Assembly (NCBI GenBank): GCA_934163035.1
Contig: CAKPJX010000002.1
Location: forward strand, 79,062-143,061
Origin: an uncultured Bacilli bacterium
GTDB taxonomy: Bacteria > Bacillota_I > Bacilli_A > RF39 > UBA660
Direction of reading: 5' to 3'
Length of the DNA: 64,000 nt
In this document: in pieces, positions 36,996-46,705 of the stretch
How positions within the stretch are numbered: the first letter of the stretch is position 1
Layout: every line of letters begins with the position of its first letter
The notes under the pieces: model-generated
Database searches by the model: none
What the model was told of the DNA's origin: nothing
The model's input: only the letters and a program-made list of their open reading frames with translations
Translations under genes and position numbers: made by a program

Positions 36996-38351
36996 CTATT
37001 TCGCTTCAGTAATTCTAATTTTTACTTTTCTAACTTTAGATTCATATGACAATTTCAAGTCATTACCAGTAACCTGTACTGGAACATCCCATTCTCCAAC
37101 AGTATAATCCTTCAAATCAACATAAGCTCTTATAGAAGATGTATCGATAGCATTTACAATAGACTCACTACCACTAACAATTACAGTTACTTGCCTATCA
37201 TCTTCTGTTAACGCCTGTGCTTTATACTTAGAATCAAGATTTTCTACAGTTACCGAAATATTTTTAAACTCTTTCTTAATAGATTTATCAACAGTAACTT
37301 TTACTTTTATAGTTTTAGTACTAAGCTCATTAACACCATTTGGTTTATCAAGTGTTACATTAAATTCTTTATCATCCTCTAGACCATCAACATTGATTTT
37401 TACTTCCAATTGTTCAATTTTATCAAGTACATCTGCACCACCATATAAAGTAACAGATGATACACTAGGTTCAATAGATTTTATTGACTTACCAAATGCC
37501 AAATCACCAGTAGGAACAACTTTTATAGGAACCTCTTTACTAGGAGATGTAACAGTAACTTTAGCTGTAACTGTTTTTGGAACTATTTCAACATCAACAA
37601 TCTTTCCATCAGTATCATAGGCTACTAACTGAACATCTTTCAAATTAATATCCCCAGATTTATTAGGTATTTTTTTAGCATCAACAAGTGCTTTAACAGT
37701 TGCAACTTTCTTCAATTTATAAGCTGCCCCTTTAATAGTAACTTCATTACGATCAAGTTCAACATTACTAATACTCAATTTACTATCTAAAGCATCCTGA
37801 TGTAATAAGTCAACCGTTAAACTTCTAGTCTCACTTACCTTCTCGTAGATAGTAACAGTTACTTGAGATGGATCAAGCTTATAATCTAGCGATTCAAGAC
37901 GTTGAGTATATTTTAATGTAACTTTGTGGTTACCGGGTTTTAAACCAGTAAGGTCAACTGATACTCCTTTTGATGGAGCCTGCTTAGCCAAGAAAATATG
38001 TCTCTTCTGCCCAACAAGAGTAATATCAACTTTATCAGGTAGTCCTTCAACAACATATAACTCCTCATTATAAACTGCTGTAACTGGTTGGTTATATAAA
38101 ATTTCAGCATATTGATCAATCATAACATTTGATTCCCTATCAATAAGTACAAAAACCCCAAAAGCCAGTATCAAACTAACAATCAATAAAGTTGATTTTT
38201 TACCAGTTATTCTATCAAAGTTCTTTGCATTATTCTTAAAGAAGTCAGTGATTTTTAGTATTAGCCTGGTAATTGGAGCAATCAGTAACTTATCAAAGAA
38301 TAATCCAATTTTACGAAAAACTTTTCCTATCTTACTTAACACTTTCTTCAT
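36996..38351 (-). CDS. cdaR: YbbR-domain protein CdaR (regulator of diadenylate cyclase)
   Basis: N-terminal TM followed by repeated YbbR-like beta domains (VTV.., V.V.V. patterns). Immediately downstream of and overlapping cdaA. Start taken at MKKVLSK (38351). Confidence 0.8.
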   Translation of the reverse strand: MKKVLSKIGKVFRKIGLFFDKLLIAPITRLILKITDFFKNNAKNFDRITGKKSTLLIVSLILAFGVFVLIDRESNVMIDQYAEILYNQPVTAVYNEELYVVEGLPDKVDITLVGQKRHIFLAKQAPSKGVSVDLTGLKPGNHKVTLKYTQRLESLDYKLDPSQVTVTIYEKVSETRSLTVDLLHQDALDSKLSISNVELDRNEVTIKGAAYKLKKVATVKALVDAKKIPNKSGDINLKDVQLVAYDTDGKIVDVEIVPKTVTAKVTVTSPSKEVPIKVVPTGDLAFGKSIKSIEPSVSSVTLYGGADVLDKIEQLEVKINVDGLEDDKEFNVTLDKPNGVNELSTKTIKVKVTVDKSIKKEFKNISVTVENLDSKYKAQALTEDDRQVTVIVSGSESIVNAIDTSSIRAYVDLKDYTVGEWDVPVQVTGNDLKLSYESKVRKVKIRITEAK

Positions 38352-39165
38352 ATATTTCTTCCTCATCCACCTCATCATCTAAATCTATATCCTGCTTAGG
38401 TCTTAATTCATCAATTAACAACATTCTAGTATCATCTAATGTTAAATTATATAGCAATTCACCCTTTAAAGCGATTGATATGCGTCCAGTTTCCTCAGAA
38501 ACAACAATACAAATTGCATCAGTTTCTTCAGCTAATCCAAGTGCGGCTCTATGCCTTGTACCTAAACGTCTATTAATTTTTGAACTATTGCTAGTTGGAA
38601 AAACTGCACCAGCACAAGTAATTCTATCACCTTGTATAATAACACCACCATCATGAAGCGGATTACCTTCATAGAATATAGCAATCAATAGATCACTAGA
38701 CAAATCGGCATATAATTTTTTTGCTTTATCTATATAATTACCAAGACTAATATCACGTTCTAAAACTATCAACGCCCCTATTCTTTCTTTTCTTAAATAG
38801 TCAACGGCATTAATAATTTCATAAACCATTCTCTCTCTTTCATCAACAGTTAAAACCTTATGTCTACCCAACAACTGATTTCTTCCCAACTGTTCCAAAA
38901 TATTCCTAATTTCTGGTTGAAAAATAACAATAAGAGCTATAGGTCCCCATTGAATAATATATTCTAATAATACACCAATAGTAGTAAACCCTAGCCAGTC
39001 ACTAACTAGCTTAAGAATAATTACAAAAGCAACGCCCTTAAAAAGTAGTGAAAGCTTAACATTATTTTTAATATTTTTTAAAATATAATAAAATATAAAC
39101 CAAACAAGTGAAATATCAACCAACTTTCTTAAAAATGATATAAGATCGGTTCCAGTTATTGTCAT
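38332..39165 (-). CDS. cdaA: Diadenylate cyclase CdaA (c-di-AMP synthase)
   Basis: Three N-terminal TM helices. DAC-domain motifs GALIVLER, HDGGVII, GTRHRAALGLAEETDAICIVVSEETG. ATG 39165 is preceded by GAAGGAG. Confidence 0.92.
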   Translation of the reverse strand: MTITGTDLISFLRKLVDISLVWFIFYYILKNIKNNVKLSLLFKGVAFVIILKLVSDWLGFTTIGVLLEYIIQWGPIALIVIFQPEIRNILEQLGRNQLLGRHKVLTVDERERMVYEIINAVDYLRKERIGALIVLERDISLGNYIDKAKKLYADLSSDLLIAIFYEGNPLHDGGVIIQGDRITCAGAVFPTSNSSKINRRLGTRHRAALGLAEETDAICIVVSEETGRISIALKGELLYNLTLDDTRMLLIDELRPKQDIDLDDEVDEEEIYEESVK

Positions 39166-39294
39166 TACATCGTCTCCTTCAAGCATAGAATAACTAAGAA
39201 AATGGAATCGTTAAATAATATAGATACACACTAACAAACCATCCCACTCTCTATATATGATAACATATGACACAATTTAAAATCAAGAACAACT

Positions 39295-39302
39295 ATGACA
39301 AA
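39295..39302. repeat. Target-site duplication, left copy (ATGACAAA)
   Basis: Identical 8-mer directly abuts each terminal inverted repeat of the IS. Confidence 0.8.
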
Positions 39303-40855
39303 ACAGTAAAATAGAATAAATTTTTTTCGCAATCAACTTTGGTATAATAGTAATAATAAAGGTGATTGTAATAAACGAAACAAAGAATAACAAGAAAAAT
39401 GAGAAGAGAATTAAAACAAGCTGTAAATCCATTAGAAGAACTATTAATTATTATTAAGCAATACTTTCCTAAGCTTGTTAATTAGATTGATAACCTAACA
39501 GACAATAGAAATCAATCGTATATTACTTATGATTTTAAAATATGTCTTTTAACTCAAATACTTGCCATGTGTTCTAGTTATCAATCTATGAATAAAATAG
39601 GAAGAGATTTTAATTCTGATATTGTTATTAATAATATCAATCATATTTTAAAAACGAATTATTTAGAACTTCCTCATAAAGATACTCTTATTAACATTAT
39701 TTCTTCCATGAAATTTGATGATTTGGAGAAAATTCAAACTAATATTATTAGAACTTTAATTCGTTCTAAGATGTTTGATAAATATAAATTTAATGGCCTT
39801 TTTCATATCGTTATTAATGGAACTGGTTTATACTCAACACATGTAAATTTAGGTGAACAAGCTATTACAAAAGTTTATAATAAAGGTCAGGATAATGAAT
39901 ATACTTTATATTCTTATTATGTCTTAGAAGCAAAATTAGTTTGTGGTAATATGACATTTTCTCTTGCCACTGAGTTTGTTGAAAATGAAACTTATACTGA
40001 TGATAAAGGAAATTCCTATAGAAAATTTGATAAACAGGATTGTGAATTAAAAGCAGCTTATAGATTACTTAAAAAAATTAAAAAAAGATTTCCTAAACTT
40101 CCTATTATTATTGGTGGTGATGCCCTGTATTTAGGAAGGCCTTTTTTAGAATTATGTGATGAACTTAAATTTGATTATATTATTAGATATAAAGAAAACG
40201 GTGCTCCAAGTATAAAAAGAAACTTTGATGAAATAAAGATTTCTGAGAACAATTATGAATATCAAAATGAGATAATATTTGGTTATTTAAAGGATAATAA
40301 ATTTTATACCTTAAATTTTATAAGTTATGATGAAAAAGATATTGACGATGAAGCTGGAGAAACTATTAAAAAAACTTTTCTTATGTAACTTCATTAAAAA
40401 TTACAAGTAAGAACAAAGAAGAAATTGTATCATTAGATAGACGTCGTTGGAAAATAGAAAACAAAGGATTTAAAGAACAAAAATCCGATGTATTAAATAT
40501 TAAACATATATATACAAAAGACTGTAATGGAACAAAGAATATTTATTTAATAATTCAATTTGCACATAAAATTTTAAATTTGCTTAATTATGGAGACATT
40601 TTAATTAAGAATTTAGGAACAACAAAAAAATGAAGTAAGCGGCCTTATCAAAAAAACACTTACTTCAACATTCCTAAATCTTAACTTAGATTGTTCAATC
40701 CAATTAAGATTACCTTAATTATACACCAGAACTGGATATTTTTTATTCAATTTTTGTTATTTTTGCAAAAATCTTTTTTGCATATATTAAAAACTATTTT
40801 TCTTCTTTTTTTTATCTATTTTTTTACTATCTACAAAATTTATTCTATTTTACTG
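39303..40855 (+). mobile_element. Insertion sequence (1553 bp), ISAs1/IS4-like DDE element with an inactivated transposase
   Basis: Perfect 21-bp terminal inverted repeats: CAGTAAAATAGAATAAATTTT at 39303-39323 and its reverse complement at 40835-40855. Flanked by an 8-bp direct repeat. Internal transposase reading frame. Confidence 0.85.
39399..40633 (+). pseudogene. DDE transposase, disrupted (in-frame TAG + frameshift)
   Basis: Same frame from ATG 39399 through ORF 39567-40388, interrupted by TAG at 39483-39485. A -1 shift at the A7 run 40368-40374 is needed to reach the C-terminal DRRRWKIENKGFKEQK (YREK-type) block, which ends at TGA 40631-40633. GDALY is the second-Asp block; the candidate first-Asp position reads VINGTG. 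Confidence 0.8.
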
Positions 40856-40863
40856 ATGACAAA
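40856..40863. repeat. Target-site duplication, right copy (ATGACAAA)
   Basis: See the left copy at 39295-39302. Confidence 0.8.
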
Positions 40864-40926
40864 GATAAGCTACGCACTACAAAAGGTACATAAAATAACA
40901 AAAAAAAAAGGACCAAGTCCAAAATT

Positions 40927-41127
40927 TTATTTTGTCTCAATATGATTAAATAAAATTCCAATATTAACTAAGCCCGATATACCAACCAAGGTATAAATTA
41001 TTCTACTAAAAAGACTTGCCTCTCCAAATATTGCAGCAACTAGATTATAATCTAAAAGACCAATAAGTCCCCAGTTTACAGCTCCAATAATCGTTATAAC
41101 TAGTAAAATCTTTTGCAGTGTTTCCAT
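40927..41127 (-). CDS. DUF378-family small membrane protein
   Basis: 66 aa. IGAVNWGLIGL motif and two TM helices. GGAGGGA RBS. Confidence 0.75.
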   Translation of the reverse strand: METLQKILLVITIIGAVNWGLIGLLDYNLVAAIFGEASLFSRIIYTLVGISGLVNIGILFNHIETK

Positions 41128-41165
41128 ATATTAATCCCTCCTACAAATAGTATTACCAATTATAA

Positions 41166-42134
41166 CTAATTTATTCTTCTTATTCCAAGAACTTGAACAT
41201 CAGACCCCATTTCCCAACTCTTAACATCATCAATCAACACACCTTGAAGAGGATTGGCTGCATGTACCATTTTACCATTACCAATATAAAGTGAAGAATG
41301 TGTAACAGTGCCGTCAGAATATCCCCAACTTATAATGTCACCAGGCAATATATCATCATAACTAACACCATACCCATCAAAAATTTGAGTACCAGCGCTT
41401 CTACTAACATATATACCTTTTTGAGCATAAACATATTGAATAAATCCACTACAATCAAAACCAGTTGGAGTAGTTCCACCATAAACATATGGACTACCAA
41501 CCAAAGAAAGAGCAATATCCACAACCTGTGAAGACAATTCGCGATTTTCAACTACAATCTCAAACTCATCATTACTTGTATTACCATGAGTATCAACAGC
41601 TGTAATTAAAACCTTATGTGAACCACACACATTTTTATCAAAATCTGTTGAAATAGTATAATATCCACGAGAATCATCAGTTATAGCTCCAGATTCCAAA
41701 TAAGATATTTCACCATCAGCATAATCATATACATATTTTATATTGCTAAAAAGATCAAAACCATCACCTTGTTTAATTGTAACCTTTTTCTGATTAATAT
41801 CAATAACAGGTGCAAGACTATCAACAACCTTAACATCAATAGTAACATCTTTATAAACATTATCCCTAACTACTTGTAAAACCAACTTTTGAACACCAAT
41901 TTTATTAGTATTAATATCCTTCTTTACAGAAACAATTCTACCATTAACACTACTAACAATATTACCTATATCATAGTTAGCACTACCAAATTCAATCGTA
42001 TTTGAACTAGCTGTCTCAACAGAAATACTCTTATATTTTTCTAAAAAACTAAATCGATAATAAATAAGCATTCCAGAAACAACTGATAAAAATACAGTTA
42101 ATATATATATTTTAAGTTTAATTAATAATTTCAT
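41166..42134 (-). CDS. NlpC/P60 (C40) cell-wall endopeptidase with N-terminal anchor and Ig-like domains
   Basis: Catalytic block GFDCSGFIQYVY, plus HSSLYIG and VHAANP. N-terminal TM. Confidence 0.85.
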   Translation of the reverse strand: MKLLIKLKIYILTVFLSVVSGMLIYYRFSFLEKYKSISVETASSNTIEFGSANYDIGNIVSSVNGRIVSVKKDINTNKIGVQKLVLQVVRDNVYKDVTIDVKVVDSLAPVIDINQKKVTIKQGDGFDLFSNIKYVYDYADGEISYLESGAITDDSRGYYTISTDFDKNVCGSHKVLITAVDTHGNTSNDEFEIVVENRELSSQVVDIALSLVGSPYVYGGTTPTGFDCSGFIQYVYAQKGIYVSRSAGTQIFDGYGVSYDDILPGDIISWGYSDGTVTHSSLYIGNGKMVHAANPLQGVLIDDVKSWEMGSDVQVLGIRRIN

Positions 42135-42159
42135 AACCTACTCCCTAAGACAAGGATAT

Positions 42160-42188
42160 ATTATAATCTTTTAACCAATATTTGTCAA
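42160..42188 (-). promoter_or_regulatory. Consensus sigma-A promoter of the NlpC/P60 gene
   Basis: Minus strand: TTGACA (42183-42188), 17 nt, TATAAT (42160-42165). Confidence 0.7.
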
Positions 42189-42204
42189 AAAATATGTAAA
42201 AAAA

Positions 42205-42537
42205 CTAATTATATACCTGGCCTAAACCAATATAGTCTTTATTCAAGCACTGATATTCTTTATCTACTTTTTGAGCATCAGCTTTCTCCAATTTATACCA
42301 TCCTTTAGTAAAAGCTAATTCAAAAGTACTTCTCTGAAGAGAAGAAATATTATCAAAAATATTTTTATAAACTCTATATAAGTGTTCATTACTAGCCTCT
42401 GTTAAGGCAATAGCATAATTCTTTTCTAAATCTTTCAAACTAGAAAGTAAACAGTTAAGATAATCTTTATCGTTTAAAGTCAATCCCTCACTAACTTCAA
42501 CCTTTGGATTACATATTTCATTGTTATTGTTATTCAT
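42205..42537 (-). CDS. Coat_F-domain spore coat protein
   Basis: LNDKDYLNCLLSSLKDLEKNYAIALTEASNEHLY matches the Coat F pattern. 110 aa. Confidence 0.7.
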   Translation of the reverse strand: MNNNNNEICNPKVEVSEGLTLNDKDYLNCLLSSLKDLEKNYAIALTEASNEHLYRVYKNIFDNISSLQRSTFELAFTKGWYKLEKADAQKVDKEYQCLNKDYIGLGQVYN

Positions 42538-42766
42538 TAATATTTCCTCCCTTATTAGATAATATATCTAGTATTATCTGCATATTTTGATTAAACAAAT
42601 TATAAGCTTGTTCTAAAATATTTTTAATTTCCATATCACTAACCTTAGAAAGTGCCTCATTTGTACTTTTAAAACAACCATAATTCCACTGAAACATATC
42701 ACATAAATAATTTAAATCTTTACCTGAAATCAAATCTTCAGGAACTTTTGTATATTTTTCTTCCAT
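42530..42766 (-). CDS. Small helical protein partnered with the Coat_F gene (probable spore coat component)
   Basis: ATG 42766 with GGAGG 8 nt upstream. 8-nt overlap with the Coat_F gene. No firm family. Confidence 0.5.
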   Translation of the reverse strand: MEEKYTKVPEDLISGKDLNYLCDMFQWNYGCFKSTNEALSKVSDMEIKNILEQAYNLFNQNMQIILDILSNKGGNINE

Positions 42767-42849
42767 AACTTTTCCTCCTACAATTATTTTGACCAAAAAA
42801 AGTTTTTTTAAACAAAAAAAAAGATATTCAAATGAATACCTTAATAAAT

Positions 42850-43479
42850 CTATTTATTACAATTAGAAGTACATATATTTTTATCAATTACATCAATCAT
42901 ATTACCAAGCTTTTCTTTTAAAGCATTTAAATCTTCATTTTTCCAATAATCAGCTGGTGTTTTATATCCCTTTGTATCCCATGCAGTTTCATCGTCAAAA
43001 CCAACTATCTTACCATCTTTAACAGCAATAACCGCTGGTACATAAAGCCTCTTATTTCCTTCCTCATCATACTGTAAATAATCATTAAGTAAAGAAACAA
43101 CCTTTTGATATTCAGAAGTATTATTCTTTCTATCATTTAAAACATTTCTATAATAAACTTTTTCTAAACCTTTACTTTTAGCAACTTCATTAAGATAATA
43201 GACATATTGTTGGCACCAAGGACATTCAGGAAACCCCAAATAAATTATTCCTGTACCGTTTTCTAAAACCTTAATAATTTGATTCATACTACGATAAGTA
43301 AAAACATTATCAATATTTTTTCCATTCTTATCAATCATTTTATACTCTTCGGCAAATTTAGTGCTATCACTAGTTAAGTTCTTTTCCTTTCTTTTTGTCT
43401 CTCTCATAGCATAAGTAACACCCTTTATTAAAAGATAAGCAACTATAAGCAATATAAGTAAAATTTTTTTCTTATTCAT
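42850..43479 (-). CDS. Membrane-anchored thioredoxin-fold protein (CPWC active site)
   Basis: N-terminal TM. GFPECPWCQQ CxxC motif and PAVIAVKDGKIV (cis-Pro region). Confidence 0.7.
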   Translation of the reverse strand: MNKKKILLILLIVAYLLIKGVTYAMRETKRKEKNLTSDSTKFAEEYKMIDKNGKNIDNVFTYRSMNQIIKVLENGTGIIYLGFPECPWCQQYVYYLNEVAKSKGLEKVYYRNVLNDRKNNTSEYQKVVSLLNDYLQYDEEGNKRLYVPAVIAVKDGKIVGFDDETAWDTKGYKTPADYWKNEDLNALKEKLGNMIDVIDKNICTSNCNK

Positions 43480-43568
43480 AACAAATACCTCCAATAACAA
43501 AATGATATAATAAAATAACTAGTAAAATCAATAAATTATACGTTGAATAATCTCAACTATAGGTTGAA

Positions 43569-43949
43569 TTAAAAATCACAATTCCAAAGTCCCAATTTTC
43601 CATTCATACATATAGGTTTATCATATTTTTTAATATTTTCCAATTTCCAAGCATATGTTTCAACATGATCACTTCTGCCATAAACAATAGCATTAATTTT
43701 TCTTAATTCATTATTAAACTGCTCATCAACCAATATACAGTCAACCAAATCAGCTTCACCTACAATAGCACCTAATTCATATTTCAAATTATAACACGAA
43801 AAACGTTCTAGCATTTTCTTCTCTAAATTTTTACCAGCATGAATTAATATTTTACCACGATAACTTGTTTTCCAACTTCTAAATTCATAACATTTATAAC
43901 CATCTACTATTAAAGAGGCCCACGGTTGTTTAATAGTTAATGCTTTCAT
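43569..43949 (-). CDS. ASCH-domain (PUA-like) protein
   Basis: MKALTIKQPWASLIVDGYKCYEFRSW is the typical ASCH N-terminus. Start at 43949. Confidence 0.7.
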   Translation of the reverse strand: MKALTIKQPWASLIVDGYKCYEFRSWKTSYRGKILIHAGKNLEKKMLERFSCYNLKYELGAIVGEADLVDCILVDEQFNNELRKINAIVYGRSDHVETYAWKLENIKKYDKPICMNGKLGLWNCDF

Positions 43950-44066
43950 CAAAATCACTCCAATACTATTAAATTTACTATTTAACATAAGCATAATATT
44001 ACTTAAATAGTTCCATTAACCCATTTATTATAATTTGAATGACACATTATATTTAAAAAATATAAA

Positions 44067-45308
44067 TTACTTTGCTTTCTTATATATTGGAAATTTTTTA
44101 GTCAAGTCAAGAACCTCTTTCTTACATTCTTTTTGTACTTTTAAATCTTCAATATTAGTTAAGGTTTTATAAATAATTTCACCTATCAAATTAAATTCTT
44201 TTTCCTTTAAACCCCTAGTCGTCATAGCAGCACTTCCAATTCTAATACCACTAGTTATAAATGGTGACTCACTATCATATGGAATTGTATTTTTATTACA
44301 AGTAATATGAATATCATCTAAAACTTTTTCAGCAACTTTCCCAGTCAATCCAAAAGAAGTTTTAACATCTACTAAAATTAGATGATTATCAGTACCATCA
44401 GATATTATTTTTACACCCTTTTTTATTAAACAATCAGATAAAGTTTTCATATTCTTAATAACTTGTTTTTGGTAAATAACAAAATCATCCTGCAAAGCTT
44501 CATAAAAGCATTGTGCCTTTGCCGCTATAACATGCATCAGTGGACCCCCCTGAATACCAGGAAAAACAACTTTATTTATCTTTTTAATTAAGTCCGAATT
44601 GTTAGTTAAAATTATACCACCGCGAGGTCCTCTTAAAGTTTTATGTGTAGTGGAAGTAACAACGTCTGCATATGGAAATGGACTAGGATGTAATCTAGCT
44701 GCTACTAAACCAGCAATATGAGCCATATCTACCATTAAATATGCTCCACACTTATCAGCTATTTCCCTAAATCTTTTAAAATCTATCATTCTAGAATAAG
44801 CACTACATCCAGCTATAATCATTTTGGGTTTTTCAGATAAAGCTAATTTTTCTAACTCATCATAATCAATCAATCCAGTTTTTTCATTAACACTATAAGA
44901 TATAATCTCATAATCAAGGCCACTAAAATTGATAGGATGTCCATGAGTTAAGTGTCCACCGTGTGATAAATTCATACCCATAACTTTGTCTCCATGATTA
45001 ATTAAAGCCCTATAAACAGCCATATTAGCACTACTACCAGAATGTGGTTGAACATTAGCAAACTTACAATTAAATAACTTTGTCACATATTCTATTGCTT
45101 TTTTCTCAAAAATATCCACATATTGACATCCACCATAATATCTCTTATCAGGATACCCTTCAGCATACTTATTAGTAAGAATACTACCCTGAAGTTTCAA
45201 AATATCTTTAGAAACATAATTTTCTGAAGCAATAAGTTCAATGTTTTCCTCTTGTCTTTTACTTTCCTTTCTTAATGCATTCATTAAAATCTTATCCACT
45301 AAAATCAC
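44067..45308 (-). CDS. glyA: Serine hydroxymethyltransferase
   Basis: [19 protein letters not shown] and [12 protein letters not shown] (PLP Lys). The start is uncertain: GTG 45308/45299 or ATG 45284. RBS AGAGGTGA at 45306-45313. Confidence 0.95.
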   Translation of the reverse strand: MILVDKILMNALRKESKRQEENIELIASENYVSKDILKLQGSILTNKYAEGYPDKRYYGGCQYVDIFEKKAIEYVTKLFNCKFANVQPHSGSSANMAVYRALINHGDKVMGMNLSHGGHLTHGHPINFSGLDYEIISYSVNEKTGLIDYDELEKLALSEKPKMIIAGCSAYSRMIDFKRFREIADKCGAYLMVDMAHIAGLVAARLHPSPFPYADVVTSTTHKTLRGPRGGIILTNNSDLIKKINKVVFPGIQGGPLMHVIAAKAQCFYEALQDDFVIYQKQVIKNMKTLSDCLIKKGVKIISDGTDNHLILVDVKTSFGLTGKVAEKVLDDIHITCNKNTIPYDSESPFITSGIRIGSAAMTTRGLKEKEFNLIGEIIYKTLTNIEDLKVQKECKKEVLDLTKKFPIYKKAK

Positions 45309-45357
45309 CTCTATTTTTATTGTACCAAATTTCTAACGAAAAGTCATTTAATTCATA

Positions 45358-45379
45358 TATTTGAGTTTCGGTTTTTTAC
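45358..45379 (-). promoter_or_regulatory. 22-nt conserved element, copy B (GTAAAAAACCGAAACTCAAATA on the minus strand)
   Basis: 21/22 identical to 20998-21019. Ends 10 nt upstream of a candidate glyA promoter (ATGACT, 17 nt, TGGTACAAT). Confidence 0.5.
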
Positions 45380-45960
45380 ATACTTTTTAAATTGAATTTT
45401 AGCACAACTCAAATAATTTGCGAAAATGTCTCTTTTTTCTTATCTTATTTTAATTTATCGCACAACAAATAGAACATAGTTGAATTCTTTCTAATAGAAA
45501 TAAGAAAAATAATATTAAATTATATAGATTGCTTATTTCAAGAATATTAACTAATGAATTCATTTCAAATATATCTAGAATATTTCATGAGTTTAAATGT
45601 GAAAAATGTGGCTCAACTAATTTTAGTTATTCTTTCAAATATGACATTCACCGACTCTGCATGTCTTAATTTAATATAAATTTCAGATTTCCATACTTTA
45701 GGGGTAAGGGGTAATTGCATCTAAAAACAACAAAATAAGTAATATTGTACCATCATGTTCATAATCAAATTGATATTAATACTAAAAATTTTAAAAGAAA
45801 AATATTGCTTTCCCCTTATCAACAAAAATTTGGTACAATCAATTTATACCAAATTTTTCGATTACTCTGAATTTAATATAAATTGCTAAACATTATAGCG
45901 TAATTTAAAAAAACTCCACAAAAATGTGAAGTCAAAGAAAAATTTACACATATATCTAAG

Positions 45961-46551
45961 TCATACTATCATACAAAAACTAGCATTAGTAAAATCACCA
46001 ATTTCCCTAAAATTATCAATATATTTAGATCTATCATTTTCATAATTCAAATAATATGCATGTTCCCACAAATCAATATTAAATAGTGGAACATATCCAT
46101 ATAATAAAGGAATATCTTGGTTATGAAAATTAAGTATCTCCAAATTACCGTCTTTTCTCAACACTAAAAATGTATAACCAGATCCCTTTAAAGATAAAGC
46201 CATTCTCTTAAATTCATTCCAAAAATTATTAAAATCACCATACTGACTATCTATTTTATTTTCCCTTGGGCAAATTACTATTATTATTCATGCTTTTCCA
46301 ATACAATTCATGATTTAATACACCACCAAGATTAAATAAAATATTAGCTTTATCTTCATTATTAAATTAATTAATATGATAAACAGGATCACTTAAATTA
46401 TAGCGATAATTATAATTATATTTTCTTAATAAATTGTTTAAATTATTTAAATATGCCATTTCATGTTTATGATAATGTAGCCCATAGTATGGGTATCAAT
46501 AAAAGGTTCTAAATCCTAAAAAACATATGGTAACATAGCCAACTGATACAT
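45961..46551 (-). pseudogene. sodA: Fe/Mn superoxide dismutase, decayed
   Basis: GGGAGG RBS + ATG 46551. N-terminal MYQLAMLPYVF, then TAG (46516-46518), then DLEPFIDTHTMG. The middle part, LHYHKHEMAYLNNLN...LGGVLNHELYW, is in another frame with an internal TAA. The frame returns for IDSQYGDFNNFW...DLWEHAYYLNYENDRSKYI (the ORF-track fragment 45961-46203). Confidence 0.85.
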
Positions 46552-46705
46552 AAAATACCTCCCTGGTAATACTATGCAAAAAAGTCTAAATAAATACTAA
46601 CGAATCAAAGCTTAAACTTATTATTCAATACCATAAGTATATTTTCCAGTACACAATTTATATATAATAATATCGTCTTACCATAATAAAATGCAAATAC
46701 TTATG

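Noticed and set aside
1236-37620. Other short antisense ORFs in the track: 1236-1451, 14156-14386, 14741-14959, 15668-15850, 16727-16960, 21196-21417, 21710-21916, 25872-26099, 30353-30538, 30968-31243, 32625-32819, 34374-34586, 34919-35179, 36022-36285, 37393-37620. Later ones: 41298-41551, 51616-53023, 58590-58775, 63647-63844.
   Set aside because: Each lies entirely inside a longer, motif-supported gene on the opposite strand or in another frame. None has a convincing RBS or a recognisable motif.
38273-38656. 127-aa plus-strand ORF overlapping cdaA and cdaR.
   Set aside because: It is a shadow ORF antisense to two strongly supported genes. It is Ser/Leu-rich and low in complexity, with no RBS.
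40368-40374. The A7 run in the transposase as a programmed -1 frameshift site.
   Set aside because: The 0-frame context is T AAA AAA C, not a good X XXY YYZ heptamer, and IS4/ISAs1-type transposases are single-ORF enzymes. The same gene also carries an in-frame TAG and a probable catalytic Asp-to-Asn change, so decay is the simpler explanation.
40691-40945. 84-aa ORF spanning the right arm of the IS and its flank.
   Set aside because: It crosses the IS terminal inverted repeat and the target duplication. It is a low-complexity F/L/I/K peptide and overlaps the DUF378 gene end, so it is most likely non-coding.
42135-42204. c-di-AMP (ydaO) riboswitch upstream of the NlpC/P60 hydrolase.
   Set aside because: The intergenic region is only 70 nt and is fully accounted for by a consensus promoter and the RBS. 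There is no room for a riboswitch of about 130 nt or more.
39483-46518. In-frame TAG codons in both the transposase (39483) and sod (46516) as evidence for TAG recoding or an alternative genetic code.
   Set aside because: Both genes carry additional frameshifts and/or TAA stops. All other genes in the window read through cleanly with the standard code.
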